A stretch of DNA of 64,000 nucleotides from assembly GCA_963720755.1 (NCBI GenBank), contig CAVRGP010000013.1, positions 128,001 to 192,000 of the forward strand, written 5' to 3'. The notes under the pieces were generated by a model that was not told the origin of the DNA, did not search any database, and was given only the letters and a program-made list of their open reading frames with translations. This stretch comes from an uncultured Chloroflexia bacterium. Its GTDB lineage: Bacteria; Chloroflexota; Limnocylindria; Limnocylindrales; CSP1-4. This document shows, piece after piece, positions 25,824 through 34,203 of the stretch (positions are counted from its first letter, which is position 1; every line of letters begins with the position of its first letter). The translations under genes and the position numbers were made by a program.

Positions 25824-27215
25824 GTGAACGTCGGCCGTGTCTTTCTTCGGGCGTCGATGGCCGATCCGCCGGTCGCCGTCGAAGCGCACGGCTCGACCAT
25901 CGTCGATGCCGCCGGACGCGAATACCTCGACGCCGCCGGCGGAGCGATCGTGGTCAACGTCGGTCACGGACGGCGGTCGATCGCCGAGGTGATGGCCGGG
26001 CAGGCCGAACGGCTGGCGTATGCCCATGGCAGCGCCTTCACGAGTGAACCGCTCGAAGCCTATGCCCGCGAGATCGCGCCACTCCTGCCCGTCGATGGCC
26101 CGGCGATCTACCCGGTGTCGGGCGGCTCGGAGGCGATCGAGACGGCCCTGAAGCTTGCCCGCGCCTACCATCTCGCCCGGGGCGAATCGGATCGTCAGAT
26201 CGTGTTCGCCCGATGGGGGAGTTACCACGGCAATACGCTTGGTGCGCTGGACCTGTCCGGACGCAAGCCGCTGCGCCGACCCTATGAAGGCTGGCTCGGC
26301 CGTTTCCGGCACGTCTCCGCGGCCTATCCCTATCGAGCGGACGATCCAGGAGCGAACGCGCTCGGGAGCGCCGAGGACGCGGCCGCCGAGCTGGATCGGG
26401 CGTTCTCATCAGCCGGTCCGCGCACCGTGGCGGCCTTCGTGGCGGAACCGATCGTCGGGGCGACGCTGGCCGCGGCCGTCCCGCCCGATGGCTACTGGCG
26501 GGCGATCGCCGATGTCTGTCGTCAGCATGGCGTCCTCCTCGTCGCCGATGAGGTGATGACCGGGTTCGGGAGGACCGGCCGCTGGTTCGCGCTCGATCAC
26601 TGGGCCGTCAAGGCCGACATCCTGGTGGCGGCCAAGGGCGCCACGTCCGGCTACTGGCCATTCGGGTTCGCGGCCGCGTCGGACGCGATCCACGACGCGT
26701 TGACGAGCAGACCGCCGTTCGTCCATGGGTTCACCTACTCGCACTCGCCGGTCGGCGCGGCGGTCGCCCGGGAGGTCCTGCGGATCCTCCAGGACGAGTC
26801 GCTCGTGGAGGCCAGCGCGACGAAGGGATCTCGGCTGAAGGACCTTGTCATCGATACGCTCGGTGCCCACCCGGCCGTCGGCGAAGTCCGCGGGCGCGGG
26901 CTGATGGTCGGGCTGGAGCTGGTCGCCGATCGGCCGTCTCGGGCCCCGTTCCCGCGTGCGGCACGCGTCGCGGAAGCGGTCGTCCGGGAGGCGCGTCAGC
27001 GTGGAGTCCTGCTCTACTCCGGGACGGGGAATGCGAACGGGGTCGACGGCGACACGATCCTGCTCGGCCCGCCGTTCATCGTCACCGACCCGGAGCTGGA
27101 TCGCATCGTCGAGGTCCTGGCGGCGTCCATCGAGGCGGTCGTCGCCGGTCTCGACGTCACTGCCTCCGGCTCAACCCCTGGATCAGGAGCGCCGCGCCCA
27201 ACCCCAGCAGGATGA
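25824..27215 (+). CDS. Class III PLP aminotransferase (BioA/omega-amino acid transaminase-like)
   Basis: GGSEA, SYHGNT, EPIVG, DEVMTGFGRTG, AKG, HGFTY. Confidence 0.9.
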   Translation: MNVGRVFLRASMADPPVAVEAHGSTIVDAAGREYLDAAGGAIVVNVGHGRRSIAEVMAGQAERLAYAHGSAFTSEPLEAYAREIAPLLPVDGPAIYPVSGGSEAIETALKLARAYHLARGESDRQIVFARWGSYHGNTLGALDLSGRKPLRRPYEGWLGRFRHVSAAYPYRADDPGANALGSAEDAAAELDRAFSSAGPRTVAAFVAEPIVGATLAAAVPPDGYWRAIADVCRQHGVLLVADEVMTGFGRTGRWFALDHWAVKADILVAAKGATSGYWPFGFAAASDAIHDALTSRPPFVHGFTYSHSPVGAAVAREVLRILQDESLVEASATKGSRLKDLVIDTLGAHPAVGEVRGRGLMVGLELVADRPSRAPFPRAARVAEAVVREARQRGVLLYSGTGNANGVDGDTILLGPPFIVTDPELDRIVEVLAASIEAVVAGLDVTASGSTPGSGAPRPTPAG

Positions 27216-27726
27216 TCGGCAGGATCAGGCCGCCGAGTGACGCGTTGGCGATATTGACGCCGCCGATGAGCGCGAGGAACCCACCGAACCACAGCTGCCA
27301 GCCGATCCCACCGCCGGACGCGGCGCGCACGGTGGCGATGAACAGGAAGGCGATCCCGAAGCAGAACGTGCTGAGCCCGTCAGCCTCGACCCCGGCCGAA
27401 TTGAGCAGCCCCGGGACCGCGAGGGCCGTGATGATCGCACCCGCATAGAGCGACCCGGTCCCACGGTCGACCGCCCACTTGATGAGGAAGGCAAGACCGA
27501 CCGCGAGGGTCAGGACGGATCCGAGCGCCTCGAAGTCCGGGAACAGCTGCTGGATGAGCAGGAGCCCGCCGAAGACCAGCAGGAAGATCCCGATCCAGGG
27601 CAGTCCGGGCCGGCGCGCGTCATCCGGTCCCCACTCCCAATGGTAGAAGCGGACGCCGGGATCGCCTGGCGGGCGGCCGCCGCTGTCGGGCCCGAGGCGG
27701 GTCACTGGTTCTGGTCGTTCGTCCAT
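27157..27726 (-). CDS. Hypothetical membrane protein
   Basis: About 6 TM segments after a Pro/Gly-rich N-terminus; GGAGGAGAG RBS. Confidence 0.7.
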   Translation of the reverse strand: MDERPEPVTRLGPDSGGRPPGDPGVRFYHWEWGPDDARRPGLPWIGIFLLVFGGLLLIQQLFPDFEALGSVLTLAVGLAFLIKWAVDRGTGSLYAGAIITALAVPGLLNSAGVEADGLSTFCFGIAFLFIATVRAASGGGIGWQLWFGGFLALIGGVNIANASLGGLILPIILLGLGAALLIQGLSRRQ

Positions 27727-27751
27727 GTCGATCTCTCCTCCGCCAGGGATC

Positions 27752-28744
27752 CTAGTATCCGCGCCCGGGATCCACCATGTTGAGCAATGGCTCGGCGGCA
27801 CGATAGCGGCGGACGTTCTCGATCAACAGCTCGTCGAAGAACTGCAGCGTATGACCCGAGGCATGTGGTGTGACGATGACGTTCGGTGCGTCCCACCAGG
27901 GGCTGTCGGGCGGTAGCGGCTCCGTGCCGAACACATCGAGAACGGCGCCGGCCAGACGTCCCGCCCGCACCGCATCGAGCAGGACCGGCTCGTCGACGAG
28001 CGCGCCACGGGAGACATTGATGAGCCAGGCATCGCCGGGGAGTGCGTCGATGACGTCGCGACCGACGATCCCGCGCGACGCCGGCGTCAAGGGCATCGTG
28101 ATGACCAGGACGTGGGCCTCCGCGGCGACCTCGGCCAGGGCCTCGTCACCGACGATCCGCTCCGGGATGGAGCCATCAGGGTCCCCGGTCCCGGGAACCC
28201 GGAACGACGCATCCGAACGGACCTCCGGCCGCGACTTGACGGCGACGATCCGCATCCCGAGCGCAGCCAATTGACGCGCGACCTCCCGCCCGATCGAGCC
28301 ATACCCGGCGATCACCGCCGTCTGACCGCGGACGATCGAGATGAGGTTTGGCTCGTCCGGTGGCCAGCGATGAGCGGCCTGATCGGCGTCCCAGATCGCT
28401 CTCGGTTGATGGACCCGCAGGACCATCCCGCTCACGTACTCACCGATCGGGATGGCATAGACGCCACGGGCGTTGGTCACGATCACGCCGTTGTCCCAGG
28501 GCGGGTCGGCCGCCAGGTGATTCACCCCGGCCGACGCAGTCTGCAGCCAGCGCAGGGACGGTACGCCGGCGAGATCGGTCGGCACGCGGTAGCCGACGAT
28601 GATCTCGACCTTGTCGTCCACCAGCGTGCGCACGTCGAAGGCGTTGTCTCCGCGCATGTCCACGACGTCGAGGTCGGGGGACAGTGCTCGAAGGCGGTCG
28701 ACCGTGTCGGGTCGCACGGCGGCGTCAAGGAGCAGTCGCATCAC
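27752..28744 (-). CDS. D-2-hydroxyacid dehydrogenase family protein
   Basis: SAGVN, TNARG, GYGSIG, INVSRG, DVF..EP, TPHAS. Confidence 0.9.
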   Translation of the reverse strand: MMRLLLDAAVRPDTVDRLRALSPDLDVVDMRGDNAFDVRTLVDDKVEIIVGYRVPTDLAGVPSLRWLQTASAGVNHLAADPPWDNGVIVTNARGVYAIPIGEYVSGMVLRVHQPRAIWDADQAAHRWPPDEPNLISIVRGQTAVIAGYGSIGREVARQLAALGMRIVAVKSRPEVRSDASFRVPGTGDPDGSIPERIVGDEALAEVAAEAHVLVITMPLTPASRGIVGRDVIDALPGDAWLINVSRGALVDEPVLLDAVRAGRLAGAVLDVFGTEPLPPDSPWWDAPNVIVTPHASGHTLQFFDELLIENVRRYRAAEPLLNMVDPGRGY

Positions 28745-31059
28745 GATGTCGACAGCGCGGAGGTCGGGCTCTCATCGCCGTCATCCTCGACGTGACTGAA
28801 CCCGAGCCGATCGACGAACCGGGCGAGGAACCCGGGCGCCCACCAGTTCCAGCGGCCCAGCACGCGCATCGTGGCCGGGACCAGGAGGATCCGGATGATC
28901 GTCGCATCGACCGCGACCGCGATGGCCATCCCGACCCCGATGCTCTTGATCGTGATGATGTCGGCCAGGGCGAATGCGGCGAAGACGGACACCATGATCA
29001 GCGCGGCCCCGGTGATGACACCGGCCGTCTTGGCCAGACCTTCGGCAACGGACGCGGTGTTGTCCCCGGTCCGCCGGTAGGCCTCCTGGATCCTGGAGAG
29101 CAGCAGGACCTCATAGTCCATCGACAGCCCGAAGATCACGGCGAACATGATGATCGGGTTGCCGGCGATGGTGTACCCAAGCGGCGTGAAGTTCAGCAGG
29201 CCGGACAGGTTGCCCTCCTGGAAGATCCAGACCATCGCTCCGAAACTCGCGGTGATCGACAGCAGGGTCATGATCACGGCCTTGAGCGGCAGGATCACGG
29301 ATCCGAACAGGAGGAACAGGATCAGGCCGCTGGCGAACAGGGTCAATCCGACCGCATACGGAGCGCGCTCCGCCTGCGAGACGAGGAAGTCGTAGCCGGT
29401 TGCCGCGGTCCCGCCGACCTGGGTCGTGATGCCGTTGCCCGGATCGATCGCCCGGATCTCCGGGATGAGGTTGGTCGCTTCCGGTTTGGATGGCGGCAGC
29501 GGACTGATCGCATCGAGGCGAACGGTGGAGCCACGGATGTACTCCGCCTCGAGGGCTGCCAGGCCGGGCGGCTGCTGGTCCGCCGGCAGGGCGTAGAGCG
29601 CGGCGACCTGCTCCGGCGGCAGCGTCGCCCCGGTCTGCGGGTCGGTGATGAGGAACGGGCTCTCCACCCGGTCGATCCCGTCGAGGGCCACCACCTCGGC
29701 GGCGTAGGCATCGAGTGCCTGGATGTTGGCAAGGTCCGTCGGTGAACCCTGGACGTCGGCCAGGATCGTGATCGGCGTGGTCTCGCCCGGTGCGAACTCC
29801 GTCTGGAGGGCGACATAGGCATCGCGGCTCTCAACGCCGGGCGGGTAGATCTCGGCGCCGGGGACGCCCTGCTCGAGGCGGAGGAACGGCGATCCCGCGA
29901 TCAGGAGGATGGCCAGGGTCGGGATGATCACCGCGATCGGATGGCGCATGACGACGTGGGCGACTCGCTCCCATCGGCTCGTGCGGGCGATCTCGACGTC
30001 GTCCGCGATCGGCCGGATCCGATGGCGCAGCCCTCGGATCGAGAGCGCGTTGACCCGGTGGCCGAGCATGCCCAGGACCGCCGGCAGGAAGGTCAGCGCG
30101 AAGGCGACCGACGAGATGACCACCAGCGCGCCGGCGATCCCGATGGACCGGATCGCGGGAGCCGTGAACAGGAGCAGCCCGGACAGACCGATGGCGACCG
30201 CGAGGCCGCTGAACGCCACCGCCTTGCCGGCGGTGGCCACGGCCCGCTCGACGGCTTCACCAACGGTCCGGCCGCGCCGGAGTTCTTCGCGATAGCGGCT
30301 GACGATGAACAACGAGTAGTCGATCGCGAGCGCGAGGCCGAGCATCGTCGCGATGTTGAGGACGAAGATGCTCATCTCGACCGCCTGCGCCACGAGGTAG
30401 ATCAAGGCGAGACTCGTCGGGATCGCGAGGCCGGCCACGAGCAGCGGCATCCCGGCCGCGACGAGCGACGCAAAGACCAGGATCAGCACGACGGCCACGA
30501 CCGGGAGGGAGACGATCTCGGCTTTCTGGAGATCCTTCTCGGATTGATCGGCGGAGTCCTTGGTGATCGGGCCATAGCCGGTCAAGGCGACGGAGTAGCC
30601 CGGCGGCGGTGCGATCGCGTTGCGGATGTCGTCCACGACCGCCACCGACTCCTCATCGGTCAGGTCGAGCTGGATGACCACATAGGCGGCGTCGCCGGCG
30701 GTGCTGATGAACCGTGGATCGCCGGTCTCGGCGTACCCGACGACACCGCTGACGTCCGGTACCGCGCTCAGCCCGGCGAGCGATGCGGCGATCGCGGCCT
30801 GGAACTCGGCCGACGTCGCGTCCGCGCCCGGCGCGTCCGCCCGGAAGAGGGCGATGACCGAACTCTTGCCCGCCCCGTACTCGCTGGCCAGCCGGTTCGA
30901 CACTTCGGCCGACTCGGAATTCGAATCGAGCCAGCCACCTGCCGACAGTGCCGACGAGGTCTGGGTCGCGAGCATGGCACCGGCGATCGCGACGATCGCG
31001 CTGATGACGACGATGGGGCGTCGGAAGCGATAGACGAACGCTCCCCAGCGGTTGAACAT
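28741..31059 (-). CDS. MMPL family transporter
   Basis: GLALAIDYSLF..RYREE and FGLSMDYEVLLLSRIQE. Confidence 0.92.
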   Translation of the reverse strand: MFNRWGAFVYRFRRPIVVISAIVAIAGAMLATQTSSALSAGGWLDSNSESAEVSNRLASEYGAGKSSVIALFRADAPGADATSAEFQAAIAASLAGLSAVPDVSGVVGYAETGDPRFISTAGDAAYVVIQLDLTDEESVAVVDDIRNAIAPPPGYSVALTGYGPITKDSADQSEKDLQKAEIVSLPVVAVVLILVFASLVAAGMPLLVAGLAIPTSLALIYLVAQAVEMSIFVLNIATMLGLALAIDYSLFIVSRYREELRRGRTVGEAVERAVATAGKAVAFSGLAVAIGLSGLLLFTAPAIRSIGIAGALVVISSVAFALTFLPAVLGMLGHRVNALSIRGLRHRIRPIADDVEIARTSRWERVAHVVMRHPIAVIIPTLAILLIAGSPFLRLEQGVPGAEIYPPGVESRDAYVALQTEFAPGETTPITILADVQGSPTDLANIQALDAYAAEVVALDGIDRVESPFLITDPQTGATLPPEQVAALYALPADQQPPGLAALEAEYIRGSTVRLDAISPLPPSKPEATNLIPEIRAIDPGNGITTQVGGTAATGYDFLVSQAERAPYAVGLTLFASGLILFLLFGSVILPLKAVIMTLLSITASFGAMVWIFQEGNLSGLLNFTPLGYTIAGNPIIMFAVIFGLSMDYEVLLLSRIQEAYRRTGDNTASVAEGLAKTAGVITGAALIMVSVFAAFALADIITIKSIGVGMAIAVAVDATIIRILLVPATMRVLGRWNWWAPGFLARFVDRLGFSHVEDDGDESPTSALSTS

Positions 31060-31166
31060 CCGGATGATCCTCTCAGGTCGGTTGGACGGTCGCGATCGGT
31101 CGTGGGCAGCCCACAGAGTACCGGGTGACTCCGCCTCGGGGCTCCGCGGGGCGTAGCATCCTGGTC

Positions 31167-32117
31167 ATGCCTCACGTCCAGACCGTCCTCGGTCCCGTCG
31201 AGCCGTCCGAGCTCGGGTTCACCCTGCCGCACGAGCACACCCAGATCGCCCTCTGGCACATCCAGGATCGCTGGGACTACTGGCAGCTCACCCGGGATCG
31301 GGCCGGGATCCTCGACGAACTCGCCCGATTCAGCTCGGCCGGTGGCGGCTGCCTGGTCGATCTCACCCTGCCGGGTGTCGGACGGGATCCGGCCTGGCTG
31401 CGGGATCTCAGCGAGACGACGGGCCTTCACCTCGTCATGGGCTGCGGCTGGTACCGGACCGCCTACTACCCCGCCGAAGCGAGGATCGACCGGCGGTCGG
31501 TGGACGACCTCGCCGATGAGCTCGTCGCAGAGATCGAGCTCGGGGTGGGGGACACCGGTGTCCGGCCCGGGATCATCGGGGAGATCGGGACGGACAAGCC
31601 ATGGGTCTCACCGGCCGAGGAGCGAGTCCATCGCGCCGCGGCACGGGCCGCCCGTCGAACGGGCCTTGCGGTGACCACCCACGGGGTCCTGTCAGATGTC
31701 GGGCAGGCCCAGCTGGGGATCCTCGAGGAGGAGGGTCTGGACCCGGCCAGGGTCGTCATCGGGCACGCCGACTCGTATCCTGTACTCGACCACTACCTGA
31801 CCATCATCGAGCGCGGCGCCAACCTTGAATTCGACTTCCTGGGGATGCCATGGAAGGCGGAGCACCACGGTGAGGATCGGACCGTGAGCCGCCTGCTGGA
31901 GCTGCTCGAGCGCGGCCACGTCGGCCGGATCCTGCTGTCGCAGGACGTGTGCAACGACAGCCAGCTCAAGCGCCTTGGCGGGAACGGCTACACATACCTG
32001 ACCGAGACATTCCTGCCGCGGCTCCGGGCCGCCGGCGTGTCGGACGCCGACATCGAGACGATGACCGTTGCGAACCCGAGGCGCATCCTGACCGTCGATC
32101 GCTCGCCTGGCCCGTGA
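31167..32117 (+). CDS. Phosphotriesterase-related amidohydrolase (PHP/lactonase)
   Basis: TVLGP, HEH, GEIG, TTH, GHAD, SQD, NPRR. Confidence 0.9.
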   Translation: MPHVQTVLGPVEPSELGFTLPHEHTQIALWHIQDRWDYWQLTRDRAGILDELARFSSAGGGCLVDLTLPGVGRDPAWLRDLSETTGLHLVMGCGWYRTAYYPAEARIDRRSVDDLADELVAEIELGVGDTGVRPGIIGEIGTDKPWVSPAEERVHRAAARAARRTGLAVTTHGVLSDVGQAQLGILEEEGLDPARVVIGHADSYPVLDHYLTIIERGANLEFDFLGMPWKAEHHGEDRTVSRLLELLERGHVGRILLSQDVCNDSQLKRLGGNGYTYLTETFLPRLRAAGVSDADIETMTVANPRRILTVDRSPGP

Positions 32118-32123
32118 TGTCGA

Positions 32124-32567
32124 TCAGCTCTCCAGCGTTGCCTCGACGCTGAGCGCCACGTTGCCGGTCAGCGCGACGCTGATCGGGCAGCCGTCCTTGG
32201 CCGCCTGCGCGGCCGCTTCGAAGTCGTCGGCTGACATCCCCGGCACGACACCACGGACGGTCAGGGCGCTCGAAACCACCCGCCAGCCGGCCTCGAGCTT
32301 GTCGAACGTCACGGTAGCTGAGACATCGAGCCGGGCGGGCGGTGTTCCCGCTCGGGCGAGCGCCCCGGACAGGGACATCGAGTAGCACGACGCGTGGGCT
32401 GCCGCGACCAGTTCCTCTGGGCTGGTCCGGCCATCAGCCGCTTCGGTGCGTGAGGCCCATGTCACCGGGAGTCCGGTGAATGCGCCGGACGACACGGCGG
32501 ACACGACGCCGTTGCCCGTGGCCAGGGGGCCTGTCCAGGACACTTCGGCCCGTCGGATCGCTGCCAT
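32124..32567 (-). CDS. osmC: OsmC family peroxiredoxin
   Basis: SPEELVAAAHASC, AKDGCPIS; AGGAGG RBS. Confidence 0.9.
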   Translation of the reverse strand: MAAIRRAEVSWTGPLATGNGVVSAVSSGAFTGLPVTWASRTEAADGRTSPEELVAAAHASCYSMSLSGALARAGTPPARLDVSATVTFDKLEAGWRVVSSALTVRGVVPGMSADDFEAAAQAAKDGCPISVALTGNVALSVEATLES

Positions 32568-32763
32568 GGTCATCCTCCTGATCCCGGCTTGTCGATGATG
32601 GTCCTGGGCCATGGTGGCACAACTTCGTCAAGACATGCGAAGATAGGCCCCGGTTGGTGTAGTCCAGTGCGTTGCGGAGCGGTCTGGACCGGGGGACTAA
32701 CCGCTCTGGCCCTGTGACGGTCGGGTCATACCCTGCGAGGTCGCTGCCATCGACGATAACGCC

Positions 32764-33606
32764 ATGCCCAACGCCACCCGACGTCTCGGTCCCATCCTGC
32801 TCGCTGGACTCCTGCTGGTCGTCATCGCGGGACCAGTGACCGCGGGTTCGACGGGGCTCCCGGGAACACCTGCCGCAAGCGCCCCGCTCAGCGGCGGGGT
32901 CACTGCGACTTCACCGAGTGGGCTCCTGAATCGAACGAACGCCCGGCGCACATCGCGCGGTCTGGTCGTGCTGCGGAACGATTCCGATCTCGCCTCGATC
33001 GCCCGCGCTCGCGCCGCGGTCATGGCCCAGAACAACGTGATGAGCCACACGGAACCGGACGGCACGACCGTGTTCGACCGGATCCGGAATGCCGGGTTCA
33101 CCTGGTATGCGGCCGGCGAGGTCATCGGCTGGAACACCTACTCGACCCAGGCATCGTCCGTGAAGGCCGTGATCGACGCCTGGATGGCGTCATCGAGCCA
33201 CCGAGCCATCCTCGTGTCGAGCGGGTACAACTACGTCGGCTTCGGGATGGCCGTGTCGAGCAGCGGCCGGCGCTATTTCGCGGGCGTCTTCGCCAAGGAA
33301 CCCGACGAGACCGGCGCGCGGACCCATCTCCACAATCTCACCAAGCAGCGAGTGAGCACGACCAGCGTCCGAGTCAGGCTCGACTGGTCCGGGACCGACC
33401 CACGCCTCCAGGTCCTGACCTCCGGACTGGCCAAGTTCGAGGTCCAGCGACGCAAGATCGGTGGGACCTGGAAGACGTGGGGTACGACGACGGCGACCAG
33501 CAAGGCGGTGACCTGGTCGACGGCGCACGACCACCAGTTCCGAGTGCGCGCCCGCGACAAGCGGGGCAACTGGGGAGCGTGGAAGGTGATCCGGGTCAAT
33601 CTCTGA
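32764..33606 (+). CDS. Secreted CAP (SCP) domain protein with C-terminal Fn3-like domain
   Basis: Signal peptide, MSH, GEVIG, WMASSSHRA, FRVRARDKRGN. Confidence 0.82.
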   Translation: MPNATRRLGPILLAGLLLVVIAGPVTAGSTGLPGTPAASAPLSGGVTATSPSGLLNRTNARRTSRGLVVLRNDSDLASIARARAAVMAQNNVMSHTEPDGTTVFDRIRNAGFTWYAAGEVIGWNTYSTQASSVKAVIDAWMASSSHRAILVSSGYNYVGFGMAVSSSGRRYFAGVFAKEPDETGARTHLHNLTKQRVSTTSVRVRLDWSGTDPRLQVLTSGLAKFEVQRRKIGGTWKTWGTTTATSKAVTWSTAHDHQFRVRARDKRGNWGAWKVIRVNL

Positions 33607-33759
33607 CCCGGGCCGTGGCCCTGCCATCCGGACTGGCGGCGCATCCGATATAGTCTGGGATGCCCGAACAGTACGGAGTCACCGAACATTCCACCCGATA
33701 CAAACCATTCGACCGAACCGTCGTCCGTCGAGGTCGTCGTCGAGGGCTACGAGCGGCTC

Positions 33760-34203
33760 ATGCATCGCCTCGTCGGCGGGCACGCGGCCGAATTCACCGA
33801 GCTGACGATCACGATGGCCCAGGCCAAGCTCGTGTACGTGGTCGTCGCGGGCGGTTCGCTGCACCTGGCCGAGCTGGCCGCCCGCCTCGGCATCGGATCC
33901 TCATCCGCCAGCGAACAGGTCGACCGACTGGTCGACCTGGACCTGCTCCGGCGGGTGGATGATCCGGCTGATCGGCGCCAGGTCGTGGTGACCGCGACGC
34001 CGCAGGCGGAGGAGATGCTCGAGCGGTTCCGCGAACTCAATCAGCGCCAACTCCGCGAGCTGCTGGCCCACCTCGACCGCGACGAATTGCGCGTGGTCGC
34101 CAACTCCATCGAGATCTTCGGTTTGGCGATCGATCGCCGGACCGGCACCAATGAACGCGCCGGCGGCGACCCCGACGGCCCGCAGGGAGACATCCGACCG
34201 TGA
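33760..34203 (+). CDS. MarR family regulator (true start probably further upstream)
   Basis: TMAQ, ELAARL, VDRLV, DPADRR. Confidence 0.85.
   Translation: MHRLVGGHAAEFTELTITMAQAKLVYVVVAGGSLHLAELAARLGIGSSSASEQVDRLVDLDLLRRVDDPADRRQVVVTATPQAEEMLERFRELNQRQLRELLAHLDRDELRVVANSIEIFGLAIDRRTGTNERAGGDPDGPQGDIRP

Noticed and set aside
32647-32720. tRNA-like start GCCCCGGTTGGTGTAGTCC
   Set aside because: No T-loop GTTCRA and no cloverleaf
33660-33962. 100-aa ORF MPEQYG... as an independent gene
   Set aside because: Arg-rich out-of-frame overlap with marR; only its start codon is of interest (see finding)
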